NCBI GenBank assembly: GCA_030431455.1
Contig: JAUIJE010000003.1
Location: forward strand, 264,360-328,359
Direction: 5' to 3'
DNA length: 64,000 nucleotides
Origin: a bacterium
GTDB taxonomy: Bacteria; Myxococcota; UBA727; JAUIJE01
The position numbers were made by a program, and so were the translations under genes. Positions 1-9,489 of the stretch are shown one piece after another. Position 1 is the stretch's first letter, and each line of letters begins with the position of its first letter. The notes beneath the pieces are model-generated. The model was not told the origin of the DNA and ran no database searches. It worked only from the letters and a program-made list of their open reading frames with translations.

Positions 1-99
1 GGTGCCGTCCGACACCAGGTAGCAGGTCTGGGCCCCGGCCGCGGGCGCGAACAAGGCGGACACCATCAACACAACATAGGGGACAGACACCAAACGCAT
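1..99 (-). CDS. N-terminal fragment of a probable secreted protein; the gene runs upstream past the window start (partial)
   Basis: Minus-strand ATG at 97-99 is followed by MRLVSVPYVVLMVSALFAPAAGAQT..., a hydrophobic signal-peptide-like start that runs off the window edge. Confidence 0.3.
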   Translation of the reverse strand, partial: MRLVSVPYVVLMVSALFAPAAGAQTCYLVSDGT

Positions 100-234
100 G
101 CTTCCTCCCGGGCGGGCGCGACACCGCGCGCGACGCTGGCACATCAGGCGGCCGATCGCCTGGAAACGACCCTGGCCGCGTCGGGATGTGGTGGCTAGTG
201 TACCGGAACGTCCCCAGGACGACGAGGAGCGCAC

Positions 235-477
235 ATGAAGGTCGACATCGAATACTGCGTGGTTTGAAACTACAAACCACACGCCGCCCGGGTGGCGGCC
301 GACATCGAGCACACCTTTCCCGACGCCGAGGTCACCTTGGTGCCCGGCGGGCGCGGCGTCTTTGACGTGACCTGCGACGGGCGCCTGGTCTTTTGCAAGC
401 GCACCGCGGATCGCTTCCCCCGCGACGGCGAAGTGCCCGCCCTGCTCTCAAAAAATCCTGGTAAATCAGGAACTTAG
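235..477 (+). CDS. SelW/Rdx-family selenoprotein with selenocysteine encoded by in-frame TGA at 265-267
   Basis: Reading from ATG 235 through the TGA gives MKVDIEYCVV-U-NYKPHAARVAADIEHTFPDAEVTLVPGGRGVFDVTCDGRLVFCKRTADRFPRDGEV. The YC-x-x-U-x-YKP motif and the downstream GG..FEV..DG.L.F.K....FP signature match the SelW/Rdx fold, and the track ORF (292..477) is the same frame downstream of the TGA. Confidence 0.7.
283..299 (+). promoter_or_regulatory. Candidate bacterial SECIS hairpin: 6-bp GC stem with a CGGGU loop, 16-18 nt downstream of the UGA
   Basis: GCCGCC-CGGGT-GGCGGC is a perfect inverted repeat immediately 3' of the in-frame TGA, and its apical loop contains G and U as in bacterial SECIS elements. 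Confidence 0.45.
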
Positions 478-539
478 GCCGGCGGTGAGACGGTACTGCC
501 CGGGTTTTCCGTTTCCCGGGCGTCGGGTGTCAAGATCCC

Positions 540-2501
540 ATGATGAACGCCCGCCTGTTGATCGCCGCTCTGTTCCTGTTCACGACCCCCGCCGCCGCGG
601 TGGTGGTCCACCACGTGCCGATGTCGGACGGCACCTCGCTGTACACCCGCGTCTACCTGCCCGGCGACGACGAGGGCACGCCGCGCCCGGTGATCATGGT
701 GCGCACACCCTACGGCGCGGCCGCGGCGGTGGAGGGCAACCTGTTCGACCTGCTGCAGCCGGACCACGCCTGGCTCAACGCCCGGGGCTACGCGGTGGTG
801 GCCCAGGACGTGCGCGGCACCGGCGAGAGCGACGGCGAGGACGTGCTGCGCTTTTTGCACGACGCCGCCGACACCGACGAGACCCTCGCCTGGGTCGCGG
901 CCCAGGACTGGTCCAACGGGCGCGTGGCCCTCTGGGGTCCATCGGCATTGGGCATCAACGCCCTGCTCGCGCTCCAGCGCGCCCCGCCCGAGCTGTCCTG
1001 CGTGCTCGACCTCGTGGCCACCGCGGACGTGCGCGAGGCGTTCTACCCAGGGGGCGCGTTCCGCGAGGAGATGGCCGCGGGGTGGCTGCCCGAACACTCG
1101 TCGGACACCGCCCTGGACATCTTTCGCCAGCAGGAAGTGGACAGCGCGTTCTGGGACGAAGGCCGTCTCAGCGACGACGAAATCGCCGACACCCCGGTCA
1201 AGACCATGACCATCGCCGGGACCTTTGACGTGTTTGGGCCCATGGGGGCCCGGGTGTTCTCCCGGCTCGCGGCCCTGGGGCGCAACCAGACCGACCACAT
1301 GCTCGTGCTCGGGCCGTGGACCCACTCGGGGTATGTGCCCACCCACCAAGCCGACCTCGCGGGGGCGTTCAACGGTGAGCTCAAGTTCCCGGTGAAGTCC
1401 TTCTTCTTTCCCGGGCAGTACCTCGACCCCGCGGGCCAGTTCTCCGCGTTCATGAACTGGTGTCTCAACGACGCGGGCCGCCCCGGCTGGGCCAACGTGC
1501 GCGTGTTCCGTTTCTGGTTGCGCGATGAGCCGGAGTTCATCACCAACCTCACCACCGACGGCGGCTGGCAAGAGTACGAGACCTGGCCCCCGGCCACGGC
1601 CACCGCCACCCCCATGTTTCTGTATGACGACGGGGGGCTCGGCACCGCCCCCGACCCGGGCGGCCTCGGCCGCCAGCTCATCTCTCACCCCGACGACCCC
1701 GTGCCCACGGTGGGCGGGGCCCGGCTCATCGAGGCCGGCGAGGGCAACGGGGCCGGTCCCCGCAACCAGAACATGCTCATCGCCCGCAACGATGTGCTCA
1801 CCTACGTGTCCGCGCCCGCCACCGGCCAGGTCGAGCTCGTGGGCAACCTGCGCGCGGAGGTGTACGCCGCGACCTCGACCAATGACATTGATGTGCACGT
1901 GAAGTTCGCGGTCCAGCGCGGCGAAGGGCCTACCTACCTGCTCGCGGACGGGGTGCGCCGGGGCCGCTTTCTCGACGGTGAGGACGCCATCGTCCCCCTC
2001 GAGCCCGGCCAAGCCCGGCGCTTCGAGGTCGACATCGGTCCAGTGGCATTCTTGCTCCGGGCCGGCCAACGCTTGGTGGTGATGATCCAGGCCACCAACC
2101 ACGACCGGTTCGACATCAACCCGCAACACGCCGCGCCCATCGCCGATGACCCCGTGGCCTACCCCGCCGCGCTCACCGTCTACGGCGACATGGACCGGCC
2201 GAGCGCGATCTACCTGCCGCTGATCAGTGGAGAGCTGCCCGGGGCCGAGGCCCCCGTCGACCACGCCGACGCCGGGCCGGACCCGATGGGCCCGGTGTGG
2301 GACGGCGGCTTCATCCCCGAGGAGCCCGAGCCCAGCCCCGAGCCCAGCCCCGAGCCCGAGCCCCAAGGGGACGGCAACCCCGCCCCCGCCGGGTGCACCT
2401 GCGTGGTCGCGGGGGTGCCCGCGCCCGCGGGGGGCTTGGCGTTGGTGGTGATCGGGGCGCTGGCCCGTCGACGGCGCCGCCCGGTCACACCGTCGCGCTG
2501 A
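540..2501 (+). CDS. CocE/NonD-family (S15 X-Pro dipeptidyl-peptidase-like) hydrolase with a C-terminal Pro/Glu linker and MYXO-CTERM sorting tail
   Basis: 653-aa ORF with an N-terminal signal-like segment and a GTGESDG nucleophile-elbow-like motif in an alpha/beta hydrolase context typical of the CocE/NonD family. The C-terminus EEPEPSPEPSPEPEPQGDGNPAPAGCTCVVAGVPAPAGGLALVVIGALARRRRRP has Cys, a hydrophobic helix and an Arg cluster, which is the MYXO-CTERM pattern. Confidence 0.7.
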   Translation: MMNARLLIAALFLFTTPAAAVVVHHVPMSDGTSLYTRVYLPGDDEGTPRPVIMVRTPYGAAAAVEGNLFDLLQPDHAWLNARGYAVVAQDVRGTGESDGEDVLRFLHDAADTDETLAWVAAQDWSNGRVALWGPSALGINALLALQRAPPELSCVLDLVATADVREAFYPGGAFREEMAAGWLPEHSSDTALDIFRQQEVDSAFWDEGRLSDDEIADTPVKTMTIAGTFDVFGPMGARVFSRLAALGRNQTDHMLVLGPWTHSGYVPTHQADLAGAFNGELKFPVKSFFFPGQYLDPAGQFSAFMNWCLNDAGRPGWANVRVFRFWLRDEPEFITNLTTDGGWQEYETWPPATATATPMFLYDDGGLGTAPDPGGLGRQLISHPDDPVPTVGGARLIEAGEGNGAGPRNQNMLIARNDVLTYVSAPATGQVELVGNLRAEVYAATSTNDIDVHVKFAVQRGEGPTYLLADGVRRGRFLDGEDAIVPLEPGQARRFEVDIGPVAFLLRAGQRLVVMIQATNHDRFDINPQHAAPIADDPVAYPAALTVYGDMDRPSAIYLPLISGELPGAEAPVDHADAGPDPMGPVWDGGFIPEEPEPSPEPSPEPEPQGDGNPAPAGCTCVVAGVPAPAGGLALVVIGALARRRRRPVTPSR

Positions 2502-3513
2502 CCTCGGCGATGTGCACCAGCGCATCGCCGCGGTGCACCACCGCGCCCTGGAGGTGGCCGATGACGATGCCCGACCGGCCGGCGTTGACCCGGTATTCCT
2601 TGGAGCCGAGGGCGTCGAAGATGTGCGCCACCCCCTGCCCTTTTTCCACGTGGTCGCCGAGCCCCACCACCAGCTGACAAAACCCGCTGCGGGGCGAGCG
2701 CGTCCAGCTCGTCGACGCGGACTGCACGGTGCGGCCGGAGGGCGCGCGACCCGGGGCGCGTTTGATCATGCCCAGGTGGGCGAGCACGCGGAGCACGCCC
2801 AGGGTGCCGAGCTCCACCGCCCGGGACCAGAAGCGGCCCGCCTCGCCGGCCTCGTACACCAGCACCCGGGTCCCGGCTTTGACCGCGGCGTGCCGCAATG
2901 ATCCTGCACGCTCCTTGGCGTCGACCACCACCGGGGCCCCAAACGCCAGGCTCGCGGCCAAGGTCTCGGGGTCGCCGAGGTTGGCGCGGATTTGCGGGAG
3001 GTTGGTGCGGCCGTCCGACGCGGTGTGCAGGTCGATGCCGTAGGCGCAGCCCGACACGACCTCGTTCATGAACAAATACGCCAAGCGCGCGGCCAACGAC
3101 CCAGTCCTGGACCCGGGAAAACACCGGTTGAGGTCTCGCCCGTCGGGCAGGTAGCGCGACTCGTTGATCAGCCCGAACACGTTGACGATGGGCACCGTGA
3201 CCAGGGTGCCGCGCAGCTTGGCCGGGTTCACCTGGGTCAACAGCCGCTGGATGATGGGCACGCCGTTGAGCTCATCGCCGTGAATGGCCGCCGCCACCCA
3301 CACCGCGGGCCCGGGGCGGGCCCCGTGCACCACCGCCACCGGCAGGCTCACCTCGGTGTCGGACGGCAAGCGGGCCACGGGCAGACGCAACCGGCGCAGG
3401 GTCCCGGGCGGGATTTCGTGGTCCCCGATGCGGTGCGGCGGGCGGGACACATCGGGGACGCGCATTTTGGTGGACACGACCCGGGTCCTGGCTGGTTCGA
3501 TCGCGTTGCGCAA
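2485..3513 (-). CDS. Succinylglutamate desuccinylase/aspartoacylase (AstE/AspA) family zinc hydrolase
   Basis: 342-aa ORF with an AAIHGDELNG zinc-binding motif near the N-terminus, characteristic of the AstE/AspA carboxypeptidase-like family. Its 3' end overlaps the peptidase gene convergently by 17 nt. Confidence 0.65.
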   Translation of the reverse strand: MRNAIEPARTRVVSTKMRVPDVSRPPHRIGDHEIPPGTLRRLRLPVARLPSDTEVSLPVAVVHGARPGPAVWVAAAIHGDELNGVPIIQRLLTQVNPAKLRGTLVTVPIVNVFGLINESRYLPDGRDLNRCFPGSRTGSLAARLAYLFMNEVVSGCAYGIDLHTASDGRTNLPQIRANLGDPETLAASLAFGAPVVVDAKERAGSLRHAAVKAGTRVLVYEAGEAGRFWSRAVELGTLGVLRVLAHLGMIKRAPGRAPSGRTVQSASTSWTRSPRSGFCQLVVGLGDHVEKGQGVAHIFDALGSKEYRVNAGRSGIVIGHLQGAVVHRGDALVHIAEVSATV

Positions 3514-3555
3514 CCGGCAGCGGCAGTTTCATTGTTGGGAGCGGTGTGGTGACCA

Positions 3556-3588
3556 CCAAAAAGCGAAGGGCGCCAGCTGGCGCCCTTC
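3556..3588 (-). terminator. Rho-independent terminator downstream of tsf
   Basis: Perfect palindrome GAAGGGCGCC-AGCT-GGCGCCCTTC at 3565-3588 is followed on the minus-strand transcript by GCUUUUUGG (plus-strand A-run at 3558-3562), about 25 nt after the tsf stop. Confidence 0.6.
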
Positions 3589-3611
3589 TCGTCACAACCG
3601 ATGGTCCGCCT

Positions 3612-4538
3612 TCAGTTGGCGGTCATCTTGGCCACTTCCTCGGCCAGGTTGTCCTGCTTCTTTTCGATGCCTTCACCGACCTTGAAGCGGACGAAGCCAC
3701 CGATGCTGATGTCGGTGCCCACTTCTTTGCCCACGTTCTCGACGAGGTTCTTCACCTTCACGTCGGGGTCTTTGATGAACGCTTGGTCGGCGAGGCAGCT
3801 CTCGGCGATGAACTTGTTCACCTTGCCCACCACCATCTTCTCGATGATGTTGTCCGGCTTGCCTTGCTCTTTGGCTTGGGCGACGAAGATCTCTTTTTCG
3901 TTCTGCACCACGTTGGGGTCCAGGTCGTCGCGGGTGATCGCCAACGGGGCCTCGCTGGCCACGTGCATCGCGATGTCCCGGGCAAGATTCTGCACGTTGT
4001 CGTCGCTGGCCTTGCCCTTGTCGGACAGGTTGAGCTTGACCAACACGCCGATCTTGCCGCCGCTGTGCAGGTAGGCGCCGTAGGCGTCACCATCGTCGTA
4101 CCGCTCGAAGCGGCGCACGCTGATCTTCTCGCCGATGGTCGAGATCTTCTCGGTCACCAACGCTTCCACCGACTGGCCGTCGTTCTTCAAGAACGGCTGG
4201 CCCATGAGGTCGTCCATCTTCGCGGGGGCCTTTTTGGCCACGTGCTCGGCGAGGTCGCCCACCAGTCCCTGGAAGTCGTCGTTCTTGGCCACGAAGTCGG
4301 TCTCGCAGTTCACTTCACACAGAGCAGCGACATTGCCCTCGATGAAGGTGCCCACCAGACCTTCGGCGGCCACCCGGCCCGCCTTCTTGGCCGCGGCCGC
4401 GAGGCCTTTTTCCCGCAAGAACTTGATCGCCGCATCGACGTCACCGTTGTTCTCGGTCAGGGCCTTTTTGCAGTCCATCATGCCGGCGCCGGTCTTGTCC
4501 CGAAGTTCTTTCACCATGGCAGCGGTAATCGCCATCAC
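3612..4538 (-). CDS. tsf: Translation elongation factor Ts
   Basis: MAITAAMVKELRDKTGAGMMDCKKAL... is the canonical EF-Ts N-terminal UBA-like region and the 308-aa length fits. The gene lies directly downstream of rpsB, as in the conserved rpsB-tsf operon. Confidence 0.95.
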   Translation of the reverse strand: MMAITAAMVKELRDKTGAGMMDCKKALTENNGDVDAAIKFLREKGLAAAAKKAGRVAAEGLVGTFIEGNVAALCEVNCETDFVAKNDDFQGLVGDLAEHVAKKAPAKMDDLMGQPFLKNDGQSVEALVTEKISTIGEKISVRRFERYDDGDAYGAYLHSGGKIGVLVKLNLSDKGKASDDNVQNLARDIAMHVASEAPLAITRDDLDPNVVQNEKEIFVAQAKEQGKPDNIIEKMVVGKVNKFIAESCLADQAFIKDPDVKVKNLVENVGKEVGTDISIGGFVRFKVGEGIEKKQDNLAEEVAKMTAN

Positions 4539-4647
4539 GCTCTCCTTTTGTCGCGACCGAGGCCGCGCGAACTCAAAAATGAATGTGCATCAAAAACAAA
4601 CCCCCCAAATGAATGGAGGGTCGTCGAAAAAATCGCGGCCAACCCTC

Positions 4648-5541
4648 TTAGGCCGAGACCTCCGCGGGACCCGAATCCGAGTCCGGGGTCACGTCGTTGG
4701 CGGCGCTGGCTTCGCCGCTGGCCTCGCCGTTGCCGGCGCTGGGGTTGTCTTTGGTGGCGCGGATGACGTCGACCTGCGGGCCTTTGCCTTCGCCGCCTTT
4801 GCGCTCTTTGGGGCCCTTGCTCTCGGCCTTGTCGCCTTGGGCGGCGAGGTTGGCTTGGCGGCGCTGGCCACCTTCGATGCAGGCGTTGGCCATCTTGCTC
4901 GCGAACAGACGAATGCTGCGGATGGCGTCGTCGTTGGCGGGGATGACGAAATCAACCCCGTCGGGGTTGCAGTTGGTGTCGACCACCGCGCAGATCGGAA
5001 TGCCCAAGCGGCGGGCTTCTTCGATCGCGATGTGCTCTTTGCGGGGGTCGATGACGAAGACCATCGAGGGCAGGCGATTCATGTCGCGGATGCCGGCGAG
5101 GTTCTTCTCGAGCTTTTCGAGCTCGCGGGTGAGCTTGACCACCTCTTTTTTGGGCAGGCGGTCGAAGGTGCCATCGGTCTTCATCTTTTCGATGGAGCGC
5201 AGACGGTCCACCGACTGCTTGATGGTCTTGAAGTTGGTGAGCATGCCGCCGAGCCAGCGGTTGTTCACGTAGAACTGGCCCCCGCGGTTGGCCTCTTCGG
5301 CGATCACATCTTGGGCTTGCTTCTTGGTGCCGATGAACAGGACTTTGCCGCCCTTCGCCACCGTGTCGGCCATCGCTTTGTACGCGCGCTCGAACAGGCC
5401 GACCGTTTGTTGGAGGTCGATGATGTAAATTCCATTGCGGGCGCCGAAGATGTACTGCTTCATCTTCGGGTTCCAACGACGGGTCTGGTGCCCAAAGTGA
5501 GCCCCCGCCTCCAACATTTCTCGCATCCCGATGTGGGCCAT
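4648..5541 (-). CDS. rpsB: 30S ribosomal protein S2 with an extended acidic/Gly-rich C-terminal tail
   Basis: [46 protein letters not shown]... is the canonical S2 N-terminus. The start at 5541 is chosen at MAHIGM rather than the upstream in-frame extension of the track ORF, and the C-terminal ~70 aa are a low-complexity tail. Confidence 0.93.
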   Translation of the reverse strand: MAHIGMREMLEAGAHFGHQTRRWNPKMKQYIFGARNGIYIIDLQQTVGLFERAYKAMADTVAKGGKVLFIGTKKQAQDVIAEEANRGGQFYVNNRWLGGMLTNFKTIKQSVDRLRSIEKMKTDGTFDRLPKKEVVKLTRELEKLEKNLAGIRDMNRLPSMVFVIDPRKEHIAIEEARRLGIPICAVVDTNCNPDGVDFVIPANDDAIRSIRLFASKMANACIEGGQRRQANLAAQGDKAESKGPKERKGGEGKGPQVDVIRATKDNPSAGNGEASGEASAANDVTPDSDSGPAEVSA

Positions 5542-5856
5542 GACTTCTTTCCTTCTTCGTCCTTCGCGGACAGTGGGCGGTGATCTCGCCCGAGTGGGTT
5601 GTTCTTCCACGCGACTTAAGGACGAAAAAGTCCCTTCTTACGCGACCCGGTCCGAAGAGCCGGGCACCCGCGGAAGAACCCAGCAGCAGACTGCGTCTGG
5701 GAAGCGCGTGTGCGATGGGAAAGGGCTGTGATCCCAGGGATCAAAAACCGTTTTCCTCTTCGAAAGCAGTGTTTTCCCTAGCAGGAAGAATTCGATGCGA
5801 CAAGCATTCCCAAAGCCGATCACCGAACCGTTTCATTCCGTCGCAAGCGACTGAAA

Positions 5857-6903
5857 TTGCGGCTGATCAACACCTTGAACCGCACTGTTGCCGAGTGTAC
5901 CCCCCGTCCTGTGAGCGCCTTGCCTCTGCTCGTCCTGTGCACCGGCCTCGCCGCGTCCGCCGCCCCCCAGCCGGGGGCGACCAAGGGCCGGCTCCCGGTG
6001 GCCGCGACATTTGCCGCCGGCACCGAGTCGGTGGTGGTGCAGCTGCACGTCGACCTCCGCGGCGCCGGGCTCACCCCCGCCGAGCAGGTCGCGGTGGCGC
6101 GGACCCTGCGGCACGCTCACCACCGCACCCGCCCGATCTTCCCCACCCCGCCGCGCGCCGAGCTCGCCGACCAACTGCTCAGCCTGCACCTCGAGGCGCC
6201 GCCCGCTGAGCTGCAAAACACGCTCAAGGCCCTCAACGCCCTGCTCGCGTTCCGGCTCCGGCTCGACCCCGCGCCGGCGAGCGTGGCCCTCGACCGCGGC
6301 CCAGCGCTGGAGGGGGCGGTCCCGGCGGACCTGCGCGAGCTGACCGCGCGGGTCCTGACCCAAGACCGGGTGATGGTGTTCGTGCAGGGCCCGCTGCCGG
6401 CCGCGCGCGCCCTGGCCCTCGCCTACCGGGCCTTGCCCACCCGATTGCCCCCCGGCGCGCCCCCCGCCCCGGCCGCGAGCGGCCCCCACGTGCCCCTGGC
6501 CGCGGGGCCGGATCGGGTCCGCACCATCGCCGCGGCCTGGCTCGCCGCGGAGATGCTCGGGGCCCGCGCCCAGCTCGGGCCCGCGCGCATCGACCTCACC
6601 GCGCCCGCCGCCTTCGCCGGCCAAGCCCCGGCCGCGCGGGACACCGTCCTGCTGGCGCGGGCCAAGACCCTGGCCCAAGGACCGCCCGCCCCCGATGCCT
6701 TGTTCGAGACCGTGGCCCGGGCGCAGAACCGCCTGGCCCGGCGGTGGCAAGACCCGGTGGCCCTGGGCCGCGACATCGCCCGGGCGCAATGGCGGGCACA
6801 GGACGTCACGCTGTTCACAGTTGTCGACGACCTCTGGCCGCGGCTGTCCCCCGAGGACGTGCGCCGCGGGGCCGAGCTCATCCAAGCGGGGGCCGCGCCA
6901 TGA
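5857..6903 (+). CDS. Hypothetical secreted protein, possibly an M16 (pitrilysin)-like non-catalytic domain protein
   Basis: 348-aa ORF with a signal-like N-terminus (LPLLVLCTGLAASAAP). No HxxEH motif, but there is a DRVMVFVQGPLPAARALALAYRAL segment resembling the conserved element of inactive M16 domains. Its stop overlaps the next start (ATGA). Confidence 0.4.
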   Translation: MRLINTLNRTVAECTPRPVSALPLLVLCTGLAASAAPQPGATKGRLPVAATFAAGTESVVVQLHVDLRGAGLTPAEQVAVARTLRHAHHRTRPIFPTPPRAELADQLLSLHLEAPPAELQNTLKALNALLAFRLRLDPAPASVALDRGPALEGAVPADLRELTARVLTQDRVMVFVQGPLPAARALALAYRALPTRLPPGAPPAPAASGPHVPLAAGPDRVRTIAAAWLAAEMLGARAQLGPARIDLTAPAAFAGQAPAARDTVLLARAKTLAQGPPAPDALFETVARAQNRLARRWQDPVALGRDIARAQWRAQDVTLFTVVDDLWPRLSPEDVRRGAELIQAGAAP

Positions 6904-7922
6904 TCACGTTGGGCCTCGTGCTCGCCCTCGCCAGCGCGCCCCACGCCCCGCGCGACGACGTGCCCCTCGCGACCTGCGCGGTGGCGGTGCCCCGGGGGGA
7001 CATCCCGGTGGGGGACGTGCTGCTCGCGGCCAGCCTCGCCGCGGTGCCGCGCACGCTGACCCAAAAAGCCTTCGTGCGCCGCGGGGGCCGGCTGTGGACC
7101 GCCCCCCGGCCGGATGGGTTTGTCGTCGTGGCCCAGGCCCACGCCCGGTTCACCGAGGACGCGTGTCAGGCCGCGCTCGACGGGGTCGCGCCCGCGGTGG
7201 ATGCAGCGGCATTGGAGCAGGCCCAGGCCGGCTTCCTGGCCCACAAGCGCGACCCCGGGCTGCGGCACAAGGCCGACGTCGCCCGCCGGGTGTTCGGGCC
7301 GGGGCAAAGCTGGGCCGGTCTGTACGCCGACGACGTGGCCGCCCACCGCGTCTCTGCAGAGACATTGGGCAAGCGGTTGTCCGGCCGCGGCCCCCTCGCG
7401 GTGTTCGTCGAGGGGCCGCGCGACGTGAGCTCCACCGTGCGCCAAGGCCTCGCCCCCCCCGACCCCGGGCCGGTGACCTGGCTGCGGCCCGCGCCCCAGC
7501 CCGCGCCCCCCGAGACGGTGCAGGGGGTGGCCTTGCTGTTGCCCCCCGAGGTCGCCGTCGACCGGGACGCGTTCACGTTGTTGGCCCGGGCGTACGAGGC
7601 CGCGCTCGGCGGGGTGGCCGACATCGAGCGCCACCGGGGGGCGGCGGTGCTCGCCGTCGCCCTGGACGCGCCGCGCCCGCGGGCCGAGGTGCTGACCGCC
7701 CTGGCCGAGACCGAGCGGGGGCTCTTGTCGCGGTCGGTGACCCGGCCGTTGTTCGCGGCCGCGGCGGTGCCGCTCGACCCCGTGTACGTGCCCGGGGACC
7801 AAGCGGTGCGGGCGGCGGCGGTTGCCTTGCGCGGCGGCGACGAGGCGGCCCCGATGCGGGGCGCGGAGCGCCTGCTGTGGACACGGGCGTTGTTGTTCGC
7901 CGAAGCGCTCTATTGGTGGTGA
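6900..7922 (+). CDS. Hypothetical protein, M16-like non-catalytic partner, translationally coupled to the upstream gene
   Basis: The start ATG overlaps the upstream stop (ATGA at 6900-6903). The 340-aa protein has a hydrophobic N-terminus and a GPLAVFVEGPRDV segment analogous to the upstream gene, in the paired arrangement typical of M16 subunit pairs. Confidence 0.4.
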   Translation: MITLGLVLALASAPHAPRDDVPLATCAVAVPRGDIPVGDVLLAASLAAVPRTLTQKAFVRRGGRLWTAPRPDGFVVVAQAHARFTEDACQAALDGVAPAVDAAALEQAQAGFLAHKRDPGLRHKADVARRVFGPGQSWAGLYADDVAAHRVSAETLGKRLSGRGPLAVFVEGPRDVSSTVRQGLAPPDPGPVTWLRPAPQPAPPETVQGVALLLPPEVAVDRDAFTLLARAYEAALGGVADIERHRGAAVLAVALDAPRPRAEVLTALAETERGLLSRSVTRPLFAAAAVPLDPVYVPGDQAVRAAAVALRGGDEAAPMRGAERLLWTRALLFAEALYWW

Positions 7923-8059
7923 CCCCGCCGGTGCACACCAAAGGGTGTGCGCGCCGGCGGCGCGGCGGTGTCGCAACCGTGTGAGACGCGCGGACGGGGC
8001 GCACCGAGAAGCGCGGGCGCGGGCTGGAACGGCGGATGCATTGAGCTGACCCAGGAAGG

Positions 8060-8767
8060 GTGGTTCCGATGCTCAGTCTCATTGTGCACTTGGCGGTGGT
8101 GGTCCCCACCGCGAACGGCGCGGCTTTGCCGCCGGAGCGGCGCGCGACGGTGGAGCGCGACCGCAGGGACAGAACCGACGTCGACGACGAGGACGCGCCT
8201 TGGTTCGACCAGGTGCCCACCGCGGTCTGGGCCGGGAGCCTGACCGCGGGGGTGGCCTTCGGGTTGGGCGCGACCCCCACGGTGGGCCTGGCGGTGGCGG
8301 GCGTGTGCGCGGCGGCCGGGCTTTTGGGCTCGGGCTGGCTCGGGTCGAACAAACAGACCGGCCCCACGCTGATGCTCGGCTTCGCCGGGGTCGGCCTCGT
8401 CGCCGCGCTCGGCCCGTGGGTGGGTTTGATCGCCGCGCTCACCACCGCCACGGTGGTGACCCAAAACCCGTGGGTGCTGGCCGCGACCATGGGCGCGGGG
8501 GGCGCCGCGTTGATCCTGGGCGGCGCCGCCGGCTTGGTCGCGAGCTTGCCCCTGTCGCTGTACGTCGCCGCGTACACCTCGCCGTTCGCGCAACGCGCCC
8601 TCGGCACCGACCCGCTGCTGTGGCTGTGGCCGGTCCTGATCGTGCCCCCGGTGGTGATGATGACCTCGACGCTGGCTGCGGCGATGACCGGGGCGGCGGG
8701 GGCCACCGCGGGGGCCACGGTCAGCACCTTGCTGGCCGTCGACCTCGAGCTCGGGGGGCGCGAATGA
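8060..8767 (+). CDS. Gly/Ala-rich multi-pass membrane protein (glycine-zipper-like), paralog 1 of 3
   Basis: About 235 aa; a charged N-terminal segment (RRATVERDRRDRTDVDDEDAPWF) is followed by repeated GxxxG/AxxxA-rich hydrophobic helices. The start may be the ATG at 8069, and the stop overlaps the next start (ATGA at 8764-8767). Confidence 0.5.
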   Translation: MVPMLSLIVHLAVVVPTANGAALPPERRATVERDRRDRTDVDDEDAPWFDQVPTAVWAGSLTAGVAFGLGATPTVGLAVAGVCAAAGLLGSGWLGSNKQTGPTLMLGFAGVGLVAALGPWVGLIAALTTATVVTQNPWVLAATMGAGGAALILGGAAGLVASLPLSLYVAAYTSPFAQRALGTDPLLWLWPVLIVPPVVMMTSTLAAAMTGAAGATAGATVSTLLAVDLELGGRE

Positions 8768-9462
8768 ATGCGAGCGTGGGCTTGGTGTTGATTTTGGCCT
8801 GTGGCGCCCCCGCCTCGACGACGCCCGCCACCGATGCGGTGGTGGGTGACCCCGCCGAGCAGACCCCGCCGGCCCCGGCCCCGCCCCCCCTCGACCCCGG
8901 TCCACCGGGCTGGGTGACCGGGGCCGGCGTCGGTACAGTGGCATTGTTTGCGGGGGTGTGGCCGACGATGGGCATGGCCGCTCTCGGCACCGCGGTGGCG
9001 TGGGGCAGCGTGGCGGTGATCGGCATGCCGGAATCCGCCGCCCGGGATGTGTTGGGGACGGCGTCGATGCCCGCGCTGGTGGTGTGTGCGGTGGCCGGCG
9101 CGGCCCTCCCCATTGCTGCAGGGGCATTGGCCACGGTCGCGGCCTGGGGGTTCGGCGGCAACGGCTGGGCCCCCCTCGGGGCTGCGGCGGGCGCGCTGCT
9201 GTTCGGCGCGGGGGGCTTGGTGGTGGGGGCGGCGTTGGGGGTGCCGGTGGCGATCGCCGGGTCCCTCGTCGGGCTCTTGAGCCTGCTGCAGCTCGGGCTC
9301 ATCGAGGACAGCCCGGGCCTGGGGTTTTTGCCGTTGATCGCGGTGCCGCCGGGCATGGCGATGAGCGCCACCGTCGGGGTCGCGCTCGGGGTGGCGGCCG
9401 GCGCCGCCCTCGGGGGTGGGTTGGCCGCGGAAGTGGCGGCCTGGGGCGCGCGGGCGGAGTGA
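8764..9462 (+). CDS. Gly/Ala-rich membrane lipoprotein (glycine-zipper-like), paralog 2 of 3
   Basis: MNASVGLVLILACGAP has a lipobox (LILAC), then a Pro-rich stretch and Gly/Ala-rich transmembrane helices similar to the flanking genes. Confidence 0.5.
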   Translation: MNASVGLVLILACGAPASTTPATDAVVGDPAEQTPPAPAPPPLDPGPPGWVTGAGVGTVALFAGVWPTMGMAALGTAVAWGSVAVIGMPESAARDVLGTASMPALVVCAVAGAALPIAAGALATVAAWGFGGNGWAPLGAAAGALLFGAGGLVVGAALGVPVAIAGSLVGLLSLLQLGLIEDSPGLGFLPLIAVPPGMAMSATVGVALGVAAGAALGGGLAAEVAAWGARAE

Positions 9463-9489
9463 CGCGCGGACGCGACACGAGGTGAGACG

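Noticed and set aside
474-2525. 683-aa minus-strand ORF covering the S15 peptidase gene
   Set aside because: The product is Gly/Arg/Val/His-rich low-complexity junk, antisense to a well-formed alpha/beta-hydrolase gene. It is a typical high-GC antisense ORF.
3546-5583. Plus-strand ORFs 3546-4766 and 4135-5583 overlapping tsf and rpsB
   Set aside because: They are antisense to unambiguous EF-Ts and S2 genes, and the translated products are Leu/Val/Ala/His-rich nonsense.
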